From: Chloroflexota bacterium
GTDB taxonomy: Bacteria; Chloroflexota; Limnocylindria; Limnocylindrales; CSP1-4
Assembly (NCBI GenBank): GCA_003141455.1
Contig: PLMA01000026.1
Coordinates: 10,701-74,700 of the forward strand
Reading direction: 5' to 3'
DNA: 64,000 nucleotides
Shown here: piece after piece, positions 28,156-38,027 of the stretch
Numbering within the stretch: position 1 is the first letter of the stretch
Layout: every line of letters begins with the position of its first letter
Position numbers and translations under genes: made by a program
The notes under the pieces: generated by a model
The model's input: only the letters and a program-made list of their open reading frames with translations
Told to the model about the DNA's origin: nothing
Databases searched by the model: none

Positions 28156-28788
28156 ATGAAGATCGGCGTACTGGCGCTTCACGGCGCCGTCATCGAACAC
28201 ATCCGGACCCTCAGGGCGATCGGGGTCGAAGGCGTCCCCGTGCGGCTGCCCGAGGACTTGGAGGGGATCTCCGGGCTGATCCTGCCCGGTGGCGAGAGCA
28301 CAACCATGCGCAAGCTCGTCGCCAGGTGGGATCTGCGCGAACCCATCATGGCCCTCGCCCGTTCCGGCGCCCCGATCCTGGGCACGTGCGCCGGCATGAT
28401 CATCGTGGCCCGGGAGATCTCCGGCGGCGAGGAGCCGGTCTTCCCGCTCCTGGACGTGACCGTCGAGCGGAACGCTTTCGGCCGCCAGCTCGACTCGTTC
28501 GAGATCGATCTACCCGTGCCGATCCTGGGCGATCGTCCGGTCCACGCGATCTTCATTCGGGCCCCCATAATTGAGCGCGTTGGTCCCGGTGTGGAGGTGC
28601 TGGCCAGGTTGCCCGATCAACGCGTCGTAGCGGTTCGTCAGCGAAACGTCCTGGCGATCTCGTTCCATCCCGAGCTTGCGGGAGAGACGCGCTTCCATCG
28701 GCTCGTGGCCACGATGGCGGCTGAATATGCCGAGCCGGCCGAGGGGGCCGGGGCCACCGAGAGACGGCCGCTCGGGGAGGCCATGTGA
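28156..28788 (+). CDS. pdxT: Pyridoxal 5'-phosphate synthase glutaminase subunit PdxT
   Basis: Class-I glutamine amidotransferase (GTCAGMI catalytic Cys, FHPE His) directly downstream of pdxS. Confidence 0.9.
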   Translation: MKIGVLALHGAVIEHIRTLRAIGVEGVPVRLPEDLEGISGLILPGGESTTMRKLVARWDLREPIMALARSGAPILGTCAGMIIVAREISGGEEPVFPLLDVTVERNAFGRQLDSFEIDLPVPILGDRPVHAIFIRAPIIERVGPGVEVLARLPDQRVVAVRQRNVLAISFHPELAGETRFHRLVATMAAEYAEPAEGAGATERRPLGEAM

Positions 28789-29813
28789 GCGGACGCGTCC
28801 GCCTTGCCCGACTCACCGATCTGGCGGCGCTGGGGGAGCTATCGAGGCTGTCCCAGCTGGAACACGTCGACGCGAGATCGCTCGGCCTGCCGGTGAGCGG
28901 ACCCCGCATCGGAGTCTTCAGCCTCTTCCGGCTGCCGCTCGGTGCCTTCCGTCCCAACGATCTGTTGTTCGTCTACGAGGATGAGCGCCGCCTCTCCGGG
29001 CTGCTCCGGGTGGAGCGCGACGGCTCCCGGGACGAGTGGACGATCGTCGAGCTGGACGCTATCGGCTCCGGCGATTCGGGCGACACGCGCTTCCGGATGG
29101 TCCAGCACCTGCTGCGCGACGGGGCCAAGCGGGGCGCGATGAGATTCCACGTGGCCTGCTCGGACGGCCAGGGCAACGTGGAGCTGTTCATGCAGGCCGG
29201 CTTCGCCCGCTATGGGCAAGAGCGACTGCTGTTCCGCGGCACAGAGACTCCACTCCCGATGGGGTGGCCGGACGAGCGCTGCCGGGCGGCCCGAATCCGA
29301 TCCTGCCAGCCACTCGACTCGCTGCCGCTGGCACGGCTGTACGCCGCGGTGACGCCGCTGCCGGTGACTCGCCTTGAGTCGTACCGCCTGAGCGATTGGG
29401 AACGCCAGGGCGGGACCACGCGAGTGCCCCGTTCGAGCCTGGCTCCGATCTTGCGGTTCGCCGAGATGGAGGCCTACGTTCAGACCGCGGACGATGCCTC
29501 CGGAGAGGTCCTCGCGCTGGTCCAGGTCGGCGTCGCCAGAGAGGACCAGCCCCACTATCTCAAGATCATGGCCCGGCCCGAGACGGACGCCGGGCCCCTG
29601 GTGAGCTTCGGGTTGGGCTTGATCGCCGCCCGCATCGGCAAGGGCGGCAGCTGCCCCGACAACGGAGTCCTGGCCCCCGTTCGAACGTACGAAGCCCCGA
29701 TCGATCGCCGCCTCGAGGAAGCCGGTTTCGCTGACCTCGCCACGGTGACCCTCCTGATGAAGGAGGGCCTCGTGCGAGTGGCAGAGCCCGGCCTCGTCCC
29801 GGCGGTACGGTAG
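28785..29813 (+). CDS. Tandem GNAT-fold acetyltransferase-like protein (MshD-like two-domain architecture)
   Basis: N-terminal GNAT-like start ([15 protein letters not shown]) and end ([19 protein letters not shown]), then a second related domain. 4-nt overlap with the pdxT stop (ATGA). Function uncertain. Confidence 0.5.
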   Translation: MSGRVRLARLTDLAALGELSRLSQLEHVDARSLGLPVSGPRIGVFSLFRLPLGAFRPNDLLFVYEDERRLSGLLRVERDGSRDEWTIVELDAIGSGDSGDTRFRMVQHLLRDGAKRGAMRFHVACSDGQGNVELFMQAGFARYGQERLLFRGTETPLPMGWPDERCRAARIRSCQPLDSLPLARLYAAVTPLPVTRLESYRLSDWERQGGTTRVPRSSLAPILRFAEMEAYVQTADDASGEVLALVQVGVAREDQPHYLKIMARPETDAGPLVSFGLGLIAARIGKGGSCPDNGVLAPVRTYEAPIDRRLEEAGFADLATVTLLMKEGLVRVAEPGLVPAVR

Positions 29814-29833
29814 CTTGGAGAGCAGGAGAAGAC

Positions 29834-32083
29834 GTGGCTGATCAGAGCGTGGCACCCGGCCGGCGCGAGTTGATCGACGACCTGGATCTGCTCCTGGGGT
29901 CTCTTCCCCCGGATCTCCTCCAGGCCGTGCACGCCCTGCCCGACCCGTCGCAGCTGATCGAGATCGTGATGGACCTGGGTCGCCGGCCCGAGGCTCGCTT
30001 CACGGACGGCGAGGTGACACTGCTCGAACGCGAGATCAGCGAGGCGGACCTGCAGTACGTCGTCGATCACATCGGCGCCTTCGGTGGGGACAACCGCGCC
30101 GGAATCGAGCGGACGCTGCATCGCATCAGCGCCATTCGCAACCGCACGGGCAAGATCGTCGGCCTGACGTCCCGCATCGGCCGGGCCGTCTACGGGACGA
30201 TCGAGATCATCAACGACTACGTCGAGTCGGGTAAGTCGATCCTGATCATGGGCCGGCCCGGGATCGGCAAGACGACGATGCTGCGCGAGGCCGCTCGCGT
30301 CCTGGCGGATGACCAGGGGAAACGCGTCGTCGTGGTGGACACGAGCAACGAGATCGCCGGCGACGGCGACATCCCGCACCCGGCCATCGGCAGGGCCAGG
30401 CGGATGCAGGTCCAGACGCCCGCGGCACAGCACCAGGTGATGATCGAGGCGGTCGAGAACCACATGCCCGAGGTCATCGTCATCGACGAGATCGGCACGG
30501 AGCTGGAGGCCCAGGCGGCCCGCACCATCGCCGAGCGGGGCGTCCAGCTAATAGGCACGGCCCACGGAAACAACCTCGACAACCTGATGCTGAACCCGAC
30601 CCTGACCGACCTGATCGGTGGTATCCAGACGGTCACTCTGGGCGACGAGGAGGCGCGGCGTCGCCGCTCGCAGAAGAGCATCCTGGAGCGCAAGGCTCCG
30701 CCGACCTTCGACGTAATCGTCGAGATACAGGATCGCGAGAAGGTCCTCGTCCACTCCGACGTGGCGGAGACTGTGGATGCGATGCTGCGCGGCGATCCCG
30801 TCTCCGCCGAGCTGCGCTGGCGCGACGAAGGCGGGGTGCATCGTTCCCAGTCGCGGCCAAAGCCCTCGCCGCGGGAGGCGCTGACCAGCGACCGATTCGG
30901 CAGCGACCGGTTCGCGGGACTCGTGGGGGCTGGCCCGGGCTGGCGGACGGAGCCGGGCTGGCGGGGGTCGGGTTCGTACCACGCCCCGGCGGACTGGCGC
31001 GACGCGGATCGAGGCCCGGCACGGCCGGGGTATCGGTCCGGCTCGAGCGGCGGCTGGCGGACGCCGGTCCGCGGCGCTCGCGAGGTTCGGGAGAGCGCCC
31101 GGCGGACCCCCGGCGGAGAAGCGGGCGGTCGCGGGGACCCCGGCAGCGAAGCGCCCGATCAAGGCCGGTCCGGCGCGAGAGATGCCGACACCGCCGGTGG
31201 ACGGATCGTCCCCGGAGAGCGGTTTGCGGTGAGCCCGCTGGGCCCCGGCCGCGTTCCCAGCGAGGTCCCCTTCCGAGCGGGGGAGATAGCCGACCGCGGC
31301 CCGATCGAACGCGGAGCGGCGCCGGTTCCGGAGCCGCGCGCCCGGGAGCTGCGTGAGCTGGAGCGGCAACGGGCGTGGGCTCAGCAGGCGACGCGCGCCC
31401 TGAACGACTACCGCGCCGAGGGCGTGGAGGAAGAAGAGGAGGAGACGCCTGGCGCGGTCTCCCCCGAAACCTCCGCCGAGGAGCGCGAGGATCTGGCCGA
31501 CGACCTGGCCGAGGACGACGCGTCATCCGAGGATGACGAGGCCGTAGCGGACATCGTTCGGCTGCGGGCCGGCAGCGAAGCCTCGGACGAGGAGGGCCGG
31601 CCCGTACTTCGGGTTCACGACTCGGACACGATCCTTCCGACCCTGCGAGTCCTGCCCCACGGGATAAGCCGCAAACGACTGGAGCAGGCGATCAAGGAAC
31701 TGCAGCTGCCCGTGATCATCGCCCGCGATCCGGACGAGGCGGACGTGGTCATGACCCTCAAGAGCGAGTACCGCCAGAAGACGTCGGGGCTGCGCGAGGC
31801 GGAGGATCGAGGCCTGCCAATCTACGTCCTCAAGAGCAACACCATCGTCCAGATGGAGGCAAGTCTGACCTCGATCTTCTCGCTCGAGGTCGATCCGCGC
31901 GAGGCCGCTCTGCGTGAGGCGGAAGAGGCGATCGGGATGGTCATCCGCCGCGTCGAGCCGGTCGAACTGTCACCCCAGAACGCGTACATCCGGCGGCTGC
32001 AGCACCAGATGGCGGAGCGGGCCAATCTCATCTCACGTTCGCGCGGCCGGGAGCCGTATCGTCGAGTCCGGCTGTACCCGTAG
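29834..32083 (+). CDS. SpoIIIAA/Ycf45-like P-loop ATPase with long disordered R/G/E-rich linker and C-terminal R3H domain
   Basis: Walker [10 protein letters not shown] and Walker [10 protein letters not shown]. The [14 protein letters not shown] motif is typical of SpoIIIAA-like ATPases. C-terminal R3H ([20 protein letters not shown]...[10 protein letters not shown]). Confidence 0.8.
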   Translation: MADQSVAPGRRELIDDLDLLLGSLPPDLLQAVHALPDPSQLIEIVMDLGRRPEARFTDGEVTLLEREISEADLQYVVDHIGAFGGDNRAGIERTLHRISAIRNRTGKIVGLTSRIGRAVYGTIEIINDYVESGKSILIMGRPGIGKTTMLREAARVLADDQGKRVVVVDTSNEIAGDGDIPHPAIGRARRMQVQTPAAQHQVMIEAVENHMPEVIVIDEIGTELEAQAARTIAERGVQLIGTAHGNNLDNLMLNPTLTDLIGGIQTVTLGDEEARRRRSQKSILERKAPPTFDVIVEIQDREKVLVHSDVAETVDAMLRGDPVSAELRWRDEGGVHRSQSRPKPSPREALTSDRFGSDRFAGLVGAGPGWRTEPGWRGSGSYHAPADWRDADRGPARPGYRSGSSGGWRTPVRGAREVRESARRTPGGEAGGRGDPGSEAPDQGRSGARDADTAGGRIVPGERFAVSPLGPGRVPSEVPFRAGEIADRGPIERGAAPVPEPRARELRELERQRAWAQQATRALNDYRAEGVEEEEEETPGAVSPETSAEEREDLADDLAEDDASSEDDEAVADIVRLRAGSEASDEEGRPVLRVHDSDTILPTLRVLPHGISRKRLEQAIKELQLPVIIARDPDEADVVMTLKSEYRQKTSGLREAEDRGLPIYVLKSNTIVQMEASLTSIFSLEVDPREAALREAEEAIGMVIRRVEPVELSPQNAYIRRLQHQMAERANLISRSRGREPYRRVRLYP

Positions 32084-32089
32084 AGGGGG

Positions 32090-32827
32090 CTACGTGGTCG
32101 GCGCCTCGATGGTTACTCCGGAGAGGGCCTCGAAGTTGTAGTCGAGTGAGATCGTGGCGTGGGCCGGTGCCCCGGTCGCTTCCTGGCTCCAGGACCCCGA
32201 GACTGTCATGCCGGCCGGGGTGCCGTCGTCTTTGGCCCACAGGACCAAGGTATATGTCCCCGTGGCCATGTTGGGGTCGCCGAAGAGCGACTTCGAATCG
32301 GGTGGCTTGACGAGGTTGAGGTGGTGGAGCCGCTGGCCGTTGTGGGTTTCGACGCCCTTGTCGGTTACGCCGCCCGCCGTGAGGCGCGGGAAGGAGAGGC
32401 CGGTCGAAGCTCGGGCCGCCTTGGTCCACTTGCCGTTGTTCGTTCGCGAGTAGTCCGAGCCGCCGAGCGAGACCTGATCGCCGGTGCTCTTCGATCCGCC
32501 AAGTGTCATCGTCATCGTGGATGAGCCGTCGTTGCCCTTGATCTTGAACGCGCCGGAGTAGGTTCCATCGGTCTTCTGCCCGCCGATGGTGACCGAGACC
32601 GTGCCGGCGATGGATCCCGAAACCTGGAAGTCGCTGGCGGTGACTTTGGACGTGTAGCTTGAGACGAGCGACGGTGAGGCGCCCGGCCACGCCTGGGCGA
32701 TCAACGAGTTCACATCGACCGAGGGCGTGTCCCAGTGAGCGCCGGCAGCGCTGGCGATGAGGGCGGCGCCGGCTAGCCAGAGCGAGGCCTCAGCCGCAAA
32801 CGCGGTGATGCTGCCTACCTTGCTCAA
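32090..32827 (-). CDS. Secreted hypothetical protein (signal peptide, beta-rich Gly/Ser/Thr composition)
   Basis: Signal peptide with AXA site (ASAAGAHW). No recognisable domain. Confidence 0.55.
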   Translation of the reverse strand: MSKVGSITAFAAEASLWLAGAALIASAAGAHWDTPSVDVNSLIAQAWPGASPSLVSSYTSKVTASDFQVSGSIAGTVSVTIGGQKTDGTYSGAFKIKGNDGSSTMTMTLGGSKSTGDQVSLGGSDYSRTNNGKWTKAARASTGLSFPRLTAGGVTDKGVETHNGQRLHHLNLVKPPDSKSLFGDPNMATGTYTLVLWAKDDGTPAGMTVSGSWSQEATGAPAHATISLDYNFEALSGVTIEAPTT

Positions 32828-33153
32828 CAGCTACCTCCCTGCGCCGAGACACACGGACGGCGAACGATTCGGTGAATTGCGAGCCTAGGATAGTTGGTGC
32901 CCCCGCTAGCGAACCTGCCCAAACGGCACAGGGTTGCCCAGGACTGCCGGCTGGTAGGGCGAAGGGCACGCCAACACCGCGCTCACAACTCTCCCCGATC
33001 TGGGCTTGACGCCGAGGCAGGCGAAGAACTCCACGTGGCCGTCCGGGGCGGCACCGGATCGCACGAGAGAAGCCGGTCGCCCAACTCGTATCGGCGCGGC
33101 TCGGCTAGACTCGGCGAATGCACCTCGACGGCGGCCAACGACGAGGGTTCTTT

Positions 33154-33855
33154 ATGACCCTCGAGGGGCCTGAGGGTTCGGGCAAGTCGACGCAGGCTCA
33201 GCGGCTCACGGCTCGGCTGGCCGCGGCCGGGTATCTCTGCGCCGTCACCCGCGAGCCCGGAGGAACGCGGCTCGGAGAAGAGATCCGCCAGATCCTGCTC
33301 CACGGCATGTCTCCGGTTCCGGCCGCGGATGCTCTCCTCTTCAATGCCGCCCGCGCCCAGCTCGCCGCCGAGGTCATCGAGCCGGCCCTGGCCAGGGGTG
33401 AGGTCGTGATCTGCGATCGCTTCAGCGATTCGACGCTGGCCTACCAGGGGTACGGCGCCGGACAAGCGCTCGATGCCCTGCGCGAGATGGCTCGCTTCGC
33501 CGTAGGGGGCCTCGTTCCGGACATGACCGTCCTGATCGACCTGCCGATTGAGGAGGGCCTGGGTCGCAAGTTCAACGGACCCGACATCACCCGGTTCGAA
33601 TCGAACGAGGACGTGGCCTTCCACCGCCGCGTTCGGACCGGCTTCCTGGCGCTGGCCGCGGCCGAGCCGGACCGCTTTCTCGTCATCGACGGCCGTCAGC
33701 CCCCCGACGCGATCGAGGCGGAGATCGCGGAGGCGCTCCTGTCGCGGATCGGCCAGCGAGACAGGCTGCTCCTGGGCGAGGCAGAGCGAGGCGCTCATCG
33801 GTCCGGAACGGCATCGAGTGAACCGGAACGCGCCTCGCTGCGAATGAACAAGTGA
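33154..33855 (+). CDS. tmk: Thymidylate kinase
   Basis: MTLEGPEGSGKST P-loop and the DRF/TLAYQG motifs; ATG at 33154. Confidence 0.85.
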   Translation: MTLEGPEGSGKSTQAQRLTARLAAAGYLCAVTREPGGTRLGEEIRQILLHGMSPVPAADALLFNAARAQLAAEVIEPALARGEVVICDRFSDSTLAYQGYGAGQALDALREMARFAVGGLVPDMTVLIDLPIEEGLGRKFNGPDITRFESNEDVAFHRRVRTGFLALAAAEPDRFLVIDGRQPPDAIEAEIAEALLSRIGQRDRLLLGEAERGAHRSGTASSEPERASLRMNK

Positions 33856-34520
33856 GGGACCACGTGGCAGCGGCCCCGGCCCTCGTCACGCCTGAGAAGC
33901 AGGCGGAATGGCACTCGGAGGCCGAGTTGATGCGGCAGGTCGCCGCCGGGGACACCGGCGGGCTCGAGACTTTGTACGATCGCTATCACGCCATGGCGTA
34001 TGCGCTTGCCCTGCGGATCACCACCGAGACGGGGCTGGCTGAGGATGTCGTACAGGACTCGTTCCTTGGCGTCTGGCGCAATGCCGCCCGGTATGCCGAA
34101 CCCAAGGGCAGCGTTCGAGGCTGGCTGCTGGCCATCGTCCGCCACCGAGCGATAGACGCCATACGGCGCCAGCGGAATGGTGTGGCTCTGGGGGACCAGG
34201 CGGACGATACCCTCCCGGCATCCCTCACGATCCCCGACATTTGGCCGGAAGTGGCCGGCCGGCTCGATGCCGAGCAGGTTCGCGGGGCCCTGACGGCACT
34301 TCCGCCCGCCCAGAGGGAAGTCATCGAGCTCGCCTACTTCGACGGCCTTACCCAGCGCGAGATCGCGTTCCACACAAACGCCCCTCTGGGCACTGTGAAG
34401 AGCCGCATGCGGCTCGGGCTCGTCGCCCTGCGCCAGCAGCTCGTTGGCGACACAGGCGGTCGCGCCGACCTCCGGGCCCTCGGCGTGGCTGCTTCCGCCG
34501 GCAAGAAAGGTCTGGTCTGA
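33852..34520 (+). CDS. ECF-type RNA polymerase sigma-70 factor
   Basis: Region 2 (DVVQDSFLGVWRNAARY) and region 4 (LPPAQREVIELAYFDGLTQREIA). GTG start overlaps the tmk stop (GTGA). Confidence 0.85.
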   Translation: MRDHVAAAPALVTPEKQAEWHSEAELMRQVAAGDTGGLETLYDRYHAMAYALALRITTETGLAEDVVQDSFLGVWRNAARYAEPKGSVRGWLLAIVRHRAIDAIRRQRNGVALGDQADDTLPASLTIPDIWPEVAGRLDAEQVRGALTALPPAQREVIELAYFDGLTQREIAFHTNAPLGTVKSRMRLGLVALRQQLVGDTGGRADLRALGVAASAGKKGLV

Positions 34521-34521
34521 C

Positions 34522-35367
34522 ATGGCCATGACCTGCGATCGCGTCCGCGAGCTTGCCTCAGGGTTCGTACTGGGGGCGCTGGAGCCCGACGAGATGGCCG
34601 CCGTGCGCCACCACGTGGACCATTGCCGCAAGTCGCACCAAGAGCTTGCCGAACTCGGTGGCATCCTGCCCTATCTGGCCGTGGCTCCGGAGCCCGTCGA
34701 GCCGCCGACCTGGCTGCGCGGCTCCGTCATCGCTGCCGTCAAGGCGGACCTCCAGGAGCGGCAACCCGTCGCCAAGCCGACCGAACGTCGGGTCCTCGAA
34801 CCCGTGGCAGCAACGGCTACGACGTCTACGCCCCCAACCCATCCGAACGCGACGATCATCTCGCTGGATGCTGCCCTCCGCTCGAGGAGCAGCCGGGCCG
34901 CGACCTGGATCACGCGAATAGCGGCCGCCGTCGCTGTCGTGGCCCTGGCCGGCTACGCGTTCGCGATCCAGGGCGATCTCAACAAGGCCAAGCAGGACCA
35001 GAGCCATCTGGCCGCCGTCATCAACGTCATCGGCCAGCCCGATACGATAAAGGTGTCACTGATAGACACCGAAGGCAAAGGCGCGAACGGCTTCGTCGCC
35101 CTTCGGCCCAACGGCCACATCATCGTCAATCTGAACAGCCTCGCGGTCACGCACGGCGATCAGGTCTACATGGTCTGGCTGACCGGAGCCAACAACGTAC
35201 CGGTCAAGGTCGGGGCGTTCACCGTAGGCGACGACGGCAAGGGCTGGGTGGAAGTGCAGAACGTTTCCACTTCGGCGAGCATGTGGATCACGGTCTGCAG
35301 AGAGCCGAACTCGAACGTGACCAAGCCCACCGGGCCGACGATCCTGAGCGGGACGATCTCGCTCTAG
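34522..35367 (+). CDS. Anti-sigma factor (zinc-binding anti-sigma N-terminal domain, single TM, extracytoplasmic domain)
   Basis: H-x3-C-x2-H motif (HHVDHCRKSH) immediately downstream of the ECF sigma, a TM helix (ITRIAAAVAVVALAGYAFAI) and a C-terminal RskA-like domain. Confidence 0.75.
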   Translation: MAMTCDRVRELASGFVLGALEPDEMAAVRHHVDHCRKSHQELAELGGILPYLAVAPEPVEPPTWLRGSVIAAVKADLQERQPVAKPTERRVLEPVAATATTSTPPTHPNATIISLDAALRSRSSRAATWITRIAAAVAVVALAGYAFAIQGDLNKAKQDQSHLAAVINVIGQPDTIKVSLIDTEGKGANGFVALRPNGHIIVNLNSLAVTHGDQVYMVWLTGANNVPVKVGAFTVGDDGKGWVEVQNVSTSASMWITVCREPNSNVTKPTGPTILSGTISL

Positions 35368-35385
35368 GCTCGGGCCCGCGGCCGA

Positions 35386-36441
35386 CTACTCGTCCTTCGG
35401 GGCCGGCTGCGTCACCACTCTGTCGCCACCCGCGAGACGGGCCGAATGCATTGCCCGCTCCGCGACTTCCAGCAGCTCCTCGGGCGTGCGTCCGTCCATA
35501 GGGAAGATGCTGACTCCCGCCGAGACGGAGATGGCGTTGCCATCGACCGGCGGCAGCGCGGCGATGCTGCGGACCAGGCGCTCGACGACGGTCAGCCCAT
35601 CCGAGCCCGGGGCCACGAGGATGAACTGATCTCTGGCGAAGCGAGCGATGGTGTCGACCAGCCGGACCGACTCGGCGAGTAGCTGGGCCACCCGCCGCAG
35701 AGAATCATCGCCGGCCGCGTTTCCGGCGTTCTTCTGGATCTCGGCGAGCCGGTCGATCTCGAACAGGGCGATGCAGAGCGGCATGCCCTGCCGACCGGCT
35801 CGAGCCACTTCCAGCTCGAGCATCCGGTCCAGCGTGCGGCGATTCGCCAGGCCCGTGAGCGGATCGGTATGAGCCAGGCGATCGAACCACTCCGCCCGCT
35901 CCGAGCCGACCGATAGAGCCAGGGCCCGCTCAACGGCCACGGCGGCCAGATCCGCCAGCGGCTCGGCGGCGACCAGGTTGTCGTGCGCGGGAAGCGGCCC
36001 GGCGAATCCCAGGGCCATGACGCCCAGCGCAAGCTCGGTGTCGTCGCGCCGGACGACCAGAGGCAGCAACAGCGCCGTCGCGGCTCCTCGCAGGATCCCA
36101 ATATGACCCGCGTCGTCGACCTCCAGCGGATGTCGCGATCGGGTGACGTCGGCCAAGGGGTCGTGGCTCTTGGAGGCGGCCTTGATCGACCTGCCCTCCT
36201 CGACGATCTTGGCGTCGACACCGTAGGTAACCGCCAATTCGATCTCGTCGAGGTCCTGATCGATGATGTAGGTCGCGCCGAGGCTCGCGCCCAGGTACTC
36301 GGCAGCCAGGCCGAGCAGCTCGGCGAGCGAGTCGTCGAGGTCGTCGCCACGGGCGACCGCGGCGGCCGCGTCCGCGAACATCTGGCCATTGGTGCGCTCG
36401 TGGAGCGGTCGTTCGCCCGACACAGTTCCTCCCTGCCACAT
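35386..36441 (-). CDS. GAF-GGDEF protein with degenerate active site (GGDEF -> ARDQF) but retained RxxD I-site
   Basis: GAF-like N-terminus. GGDEF fold motifs DPLTGLANRR and ISVSAGVSIFP are present. The signature reads RLVDTIARFARDQFILV. Confidence 0.8.
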   Translation of the reverse strand: MWQGGTVSGERPLHERTNGQMFADAAAAVARGDDLDDSLAELLGLAAEYLGASLGATYIIDQDLDEIELAVTYGVDAKIVEEGRSIKAASKSHDPLADVTRSRHPLEVDDAGHIGILRGAATALLLPLVVRRDDTELALGVMALGFAGPLPAHDNLVAAEPLADLAAVAVERALALSVGSERAEWFDRLAHTDPLTGLANRRTLDRMLELEVARAGRQGMPLCIALFEIDRLAEIQKNAGNAAGDDSLRRVAQLLAESVRLVDTIARFARDQFILVAPGSDGLTVVERLVRSIAALPPVDGNAISVSAGVSIFPMDGRTPEELLEVAERAMHSARLAGGDRVVTQPAPKDE

Positions 36442-36598
36442 GGCGGATTGCCTCCGTCCGATTGTACGGCCAAGCTCTCCGGTCCGCGACTGTGGAGCCG
36501 ACAACGGAGTGGCCGTTCTCGCGCTGCCGGCCGCGCTGCCGGCCGCCCCGCCGGCAACCCGCCTCACCGGCCGCGATCGTCAGCTTATACTCGGCCTC

Positions 36599-36928
36599 GT
36601 GAAGCTAGTCGTCATAGTCGTTCACAATGAGGACTCCCGCGCCCTCATCGACGCCCTGCTTGCCCACGAGTATCGGGCCACGTGGCTGCACAGCTCGGGC
36701 GGCTTCCTCAAACAGTCCAACGCCACGATCCTGGCGGGCGTCGAAGACGCCAAGGTCGAAGAGATCGTGGGCCTGGTCCGGGACAACTGCCACGCCCGCA
36801 CTCAGACGGTGAGCCCGATCCCGCCGATCATGGAGCCGGGCGAGTTCTTCTTGCCCTACCCGCTCGAAGTGGAGGTAGGCGGGGCCGTGGTCTTCGTCCT
36901 GCCGGTCGAGCGATTCGAACGAATCTAG
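36599..36928 (+). CDS. darA: DarA/PstA-like PII-family cyclic-di-AMP receptor
   Basis: Aligns along its length with B. subtilis DarA (ATWLHSSGGFLKQSNATILAGVEDAKVEEIVGLV...VSPIPPI...FLPYPLEVEVGGAVVFVLPVERFERI vs ATKLATTGGFLRAGNTTFLCGV...[23 protein letters not shown]). GTG at 36599. Confidence 0.8.
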   Translation: MKLVVIVVHNEDSRALIDALLAHEYRATWLHSSGGFLKQSNATILAGVEDAKVEEIVGLVRDNCHARTQTVSPIPPIMEPGEFFLPYPLEVEVGGAVVFVLPVERFERI

Positions 36929-36957
36929 GGGGACCGGCCTTCGACCCGAGGTTTCAC

Positions 36958-37542
36958 GTGAGCCCTCTCCGCCCGGATATCGTCGACATCTGGATCTTCC
37001 GAAACCGAGAGGCCCGCCCGTCCTCGGCCTCGGATCCTTCGCAGACCCGGGGTTCCCGGCAGGCAGCTGGGACCGAAGGCGTCGCCGACGCCACAGCGCT
37101 CGGAGGAGACCTGGAGATCCTGCTCCTGCGGCGCTCACCGGGCCGAATCCTGCCCGGTCTGTGGCAATGCGTCTCGGGGCGGCTGGAGCCGGGTGAGACC
37201 ATTCCCGCGGGGGCGCTCCGCGAACTGCGAGAAGAAACCGGTATCGGGCCGGAGCAGATCGCCGGCTTCTACGACCTCGATCAGGTCAACCAGTTCCACG
37301 AGCCGTCCGTTGGCGCGGTTGTCACCAGCGTGATCTTCGCCGTATGGATCCCCGCGGCGGTGGTGCCGATCCTCTCCTACGAGCACGACGCGATGCGCTG
37401 GGTCTCGCCGCCCGAGGCGCTGGAGTTGGCCGTCTGGCCGGCATACCGCGAGTCGATCCGCCGCATCGTCGAGAACCTGGTGGATCCGGAACGGGCCATC
37501 TGGTTCGAGCTGGATCTCTCGGGGGAGCGGGCTCGCCGCTAG
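36958..37542 (+). CDS. Nudix hydrolase
   Basis: Nudix box GRLEPGETIPAGALRELREETGI; GTG at 36958. Confidence 0.75.
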   Translation: MSPLRPDIVDIWIFRNREARPSSASDPSQTRGSRQAAGTEGVADATALGGDLEILLLRRSPGRILPGLWQCVSGRLEPGETIPAGALRELREETGIGPEQIAGFYDLDQVNQFHEPSVGAVVTSVIFAVWIPAAVVPILSYEHDAMRWVSPPEALELAVWPAYRESIRRIVENLVDPERAIWFELDLSGERARR

Positions 37543-37720
37543 AGAGCGCCGGCGGCCGGAAACGAGCTTCGGCGCCAGAACGGCGGCCTGTCAGATCGTC
37601 GGACGAGCCACCACGCGAGCGAGAAACGCCCGCTCCCTCCGCGGGGCGGCCGTTTCGGGTTATCTCGACGGATGGCCGATGATGGGGAGGAGACAACTCG
37701 GCCCGAGCGCTGGAGGAGCT

Positions 37721-38020
37721 ATGTTCGTGACACTGGTCCACGTCCACGTCAAGCCCGAGCATCTGGCCGAGTTCATCGAGGCGGCCCGGGCGAATCACCT
37801 GGCCTCAGTGCGTGAGCCCGGAAACCTTCGCTTCGACGTCCTGCAGTCGGCCAAGGACGAGACACGCTTCGTGCTGTACGAGGCCTATCGCGACGAGGCG
37901 GCGGCGAAGGCCCACAAGGAGACGGCCCACTACGCCGCCTGGCGCGATGCGGTGGCGAACTGGATGGCCGAACCCCGCCTGGGCGTTCGCTACGATGGCC
38001 TGCTTCCAGTGACCGAGTAG
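37721..38020 (+). CDS. Antibiotic-biosynthesis-monooxygenase (ABM) domain protein
   Basis: MFVTLVHVHVKPEH...FVLYEAYRDEAAAKAH...AW, typical of the ABM/Dabb fold; GGAGGAG RBS upstream. Confidence 0.75.
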   Translation: MFVTLVHVHVKPEHLAEFIEAARANHLASVREPGNLRFDVLQSAKDETRFVLYEAYRDEAAAKAHKETAHYAAWRDAVANWMAEPRLGVRYDGLLPVTE

Positions 38021-38027
38021 GCGCGCC

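Noticed and set aside
26282-28156. 624-aa minus-strand ORF
   Set aside because: Antisense to canonical pdxS and overlapping the response regulator; no homology; artefact of high GC.
32028-32690. 220-aa minus-strand ORF
   Set aside because: Alternative frame of the secreted protein gene 32090..32827, which has a signal peptide and consistent composition.
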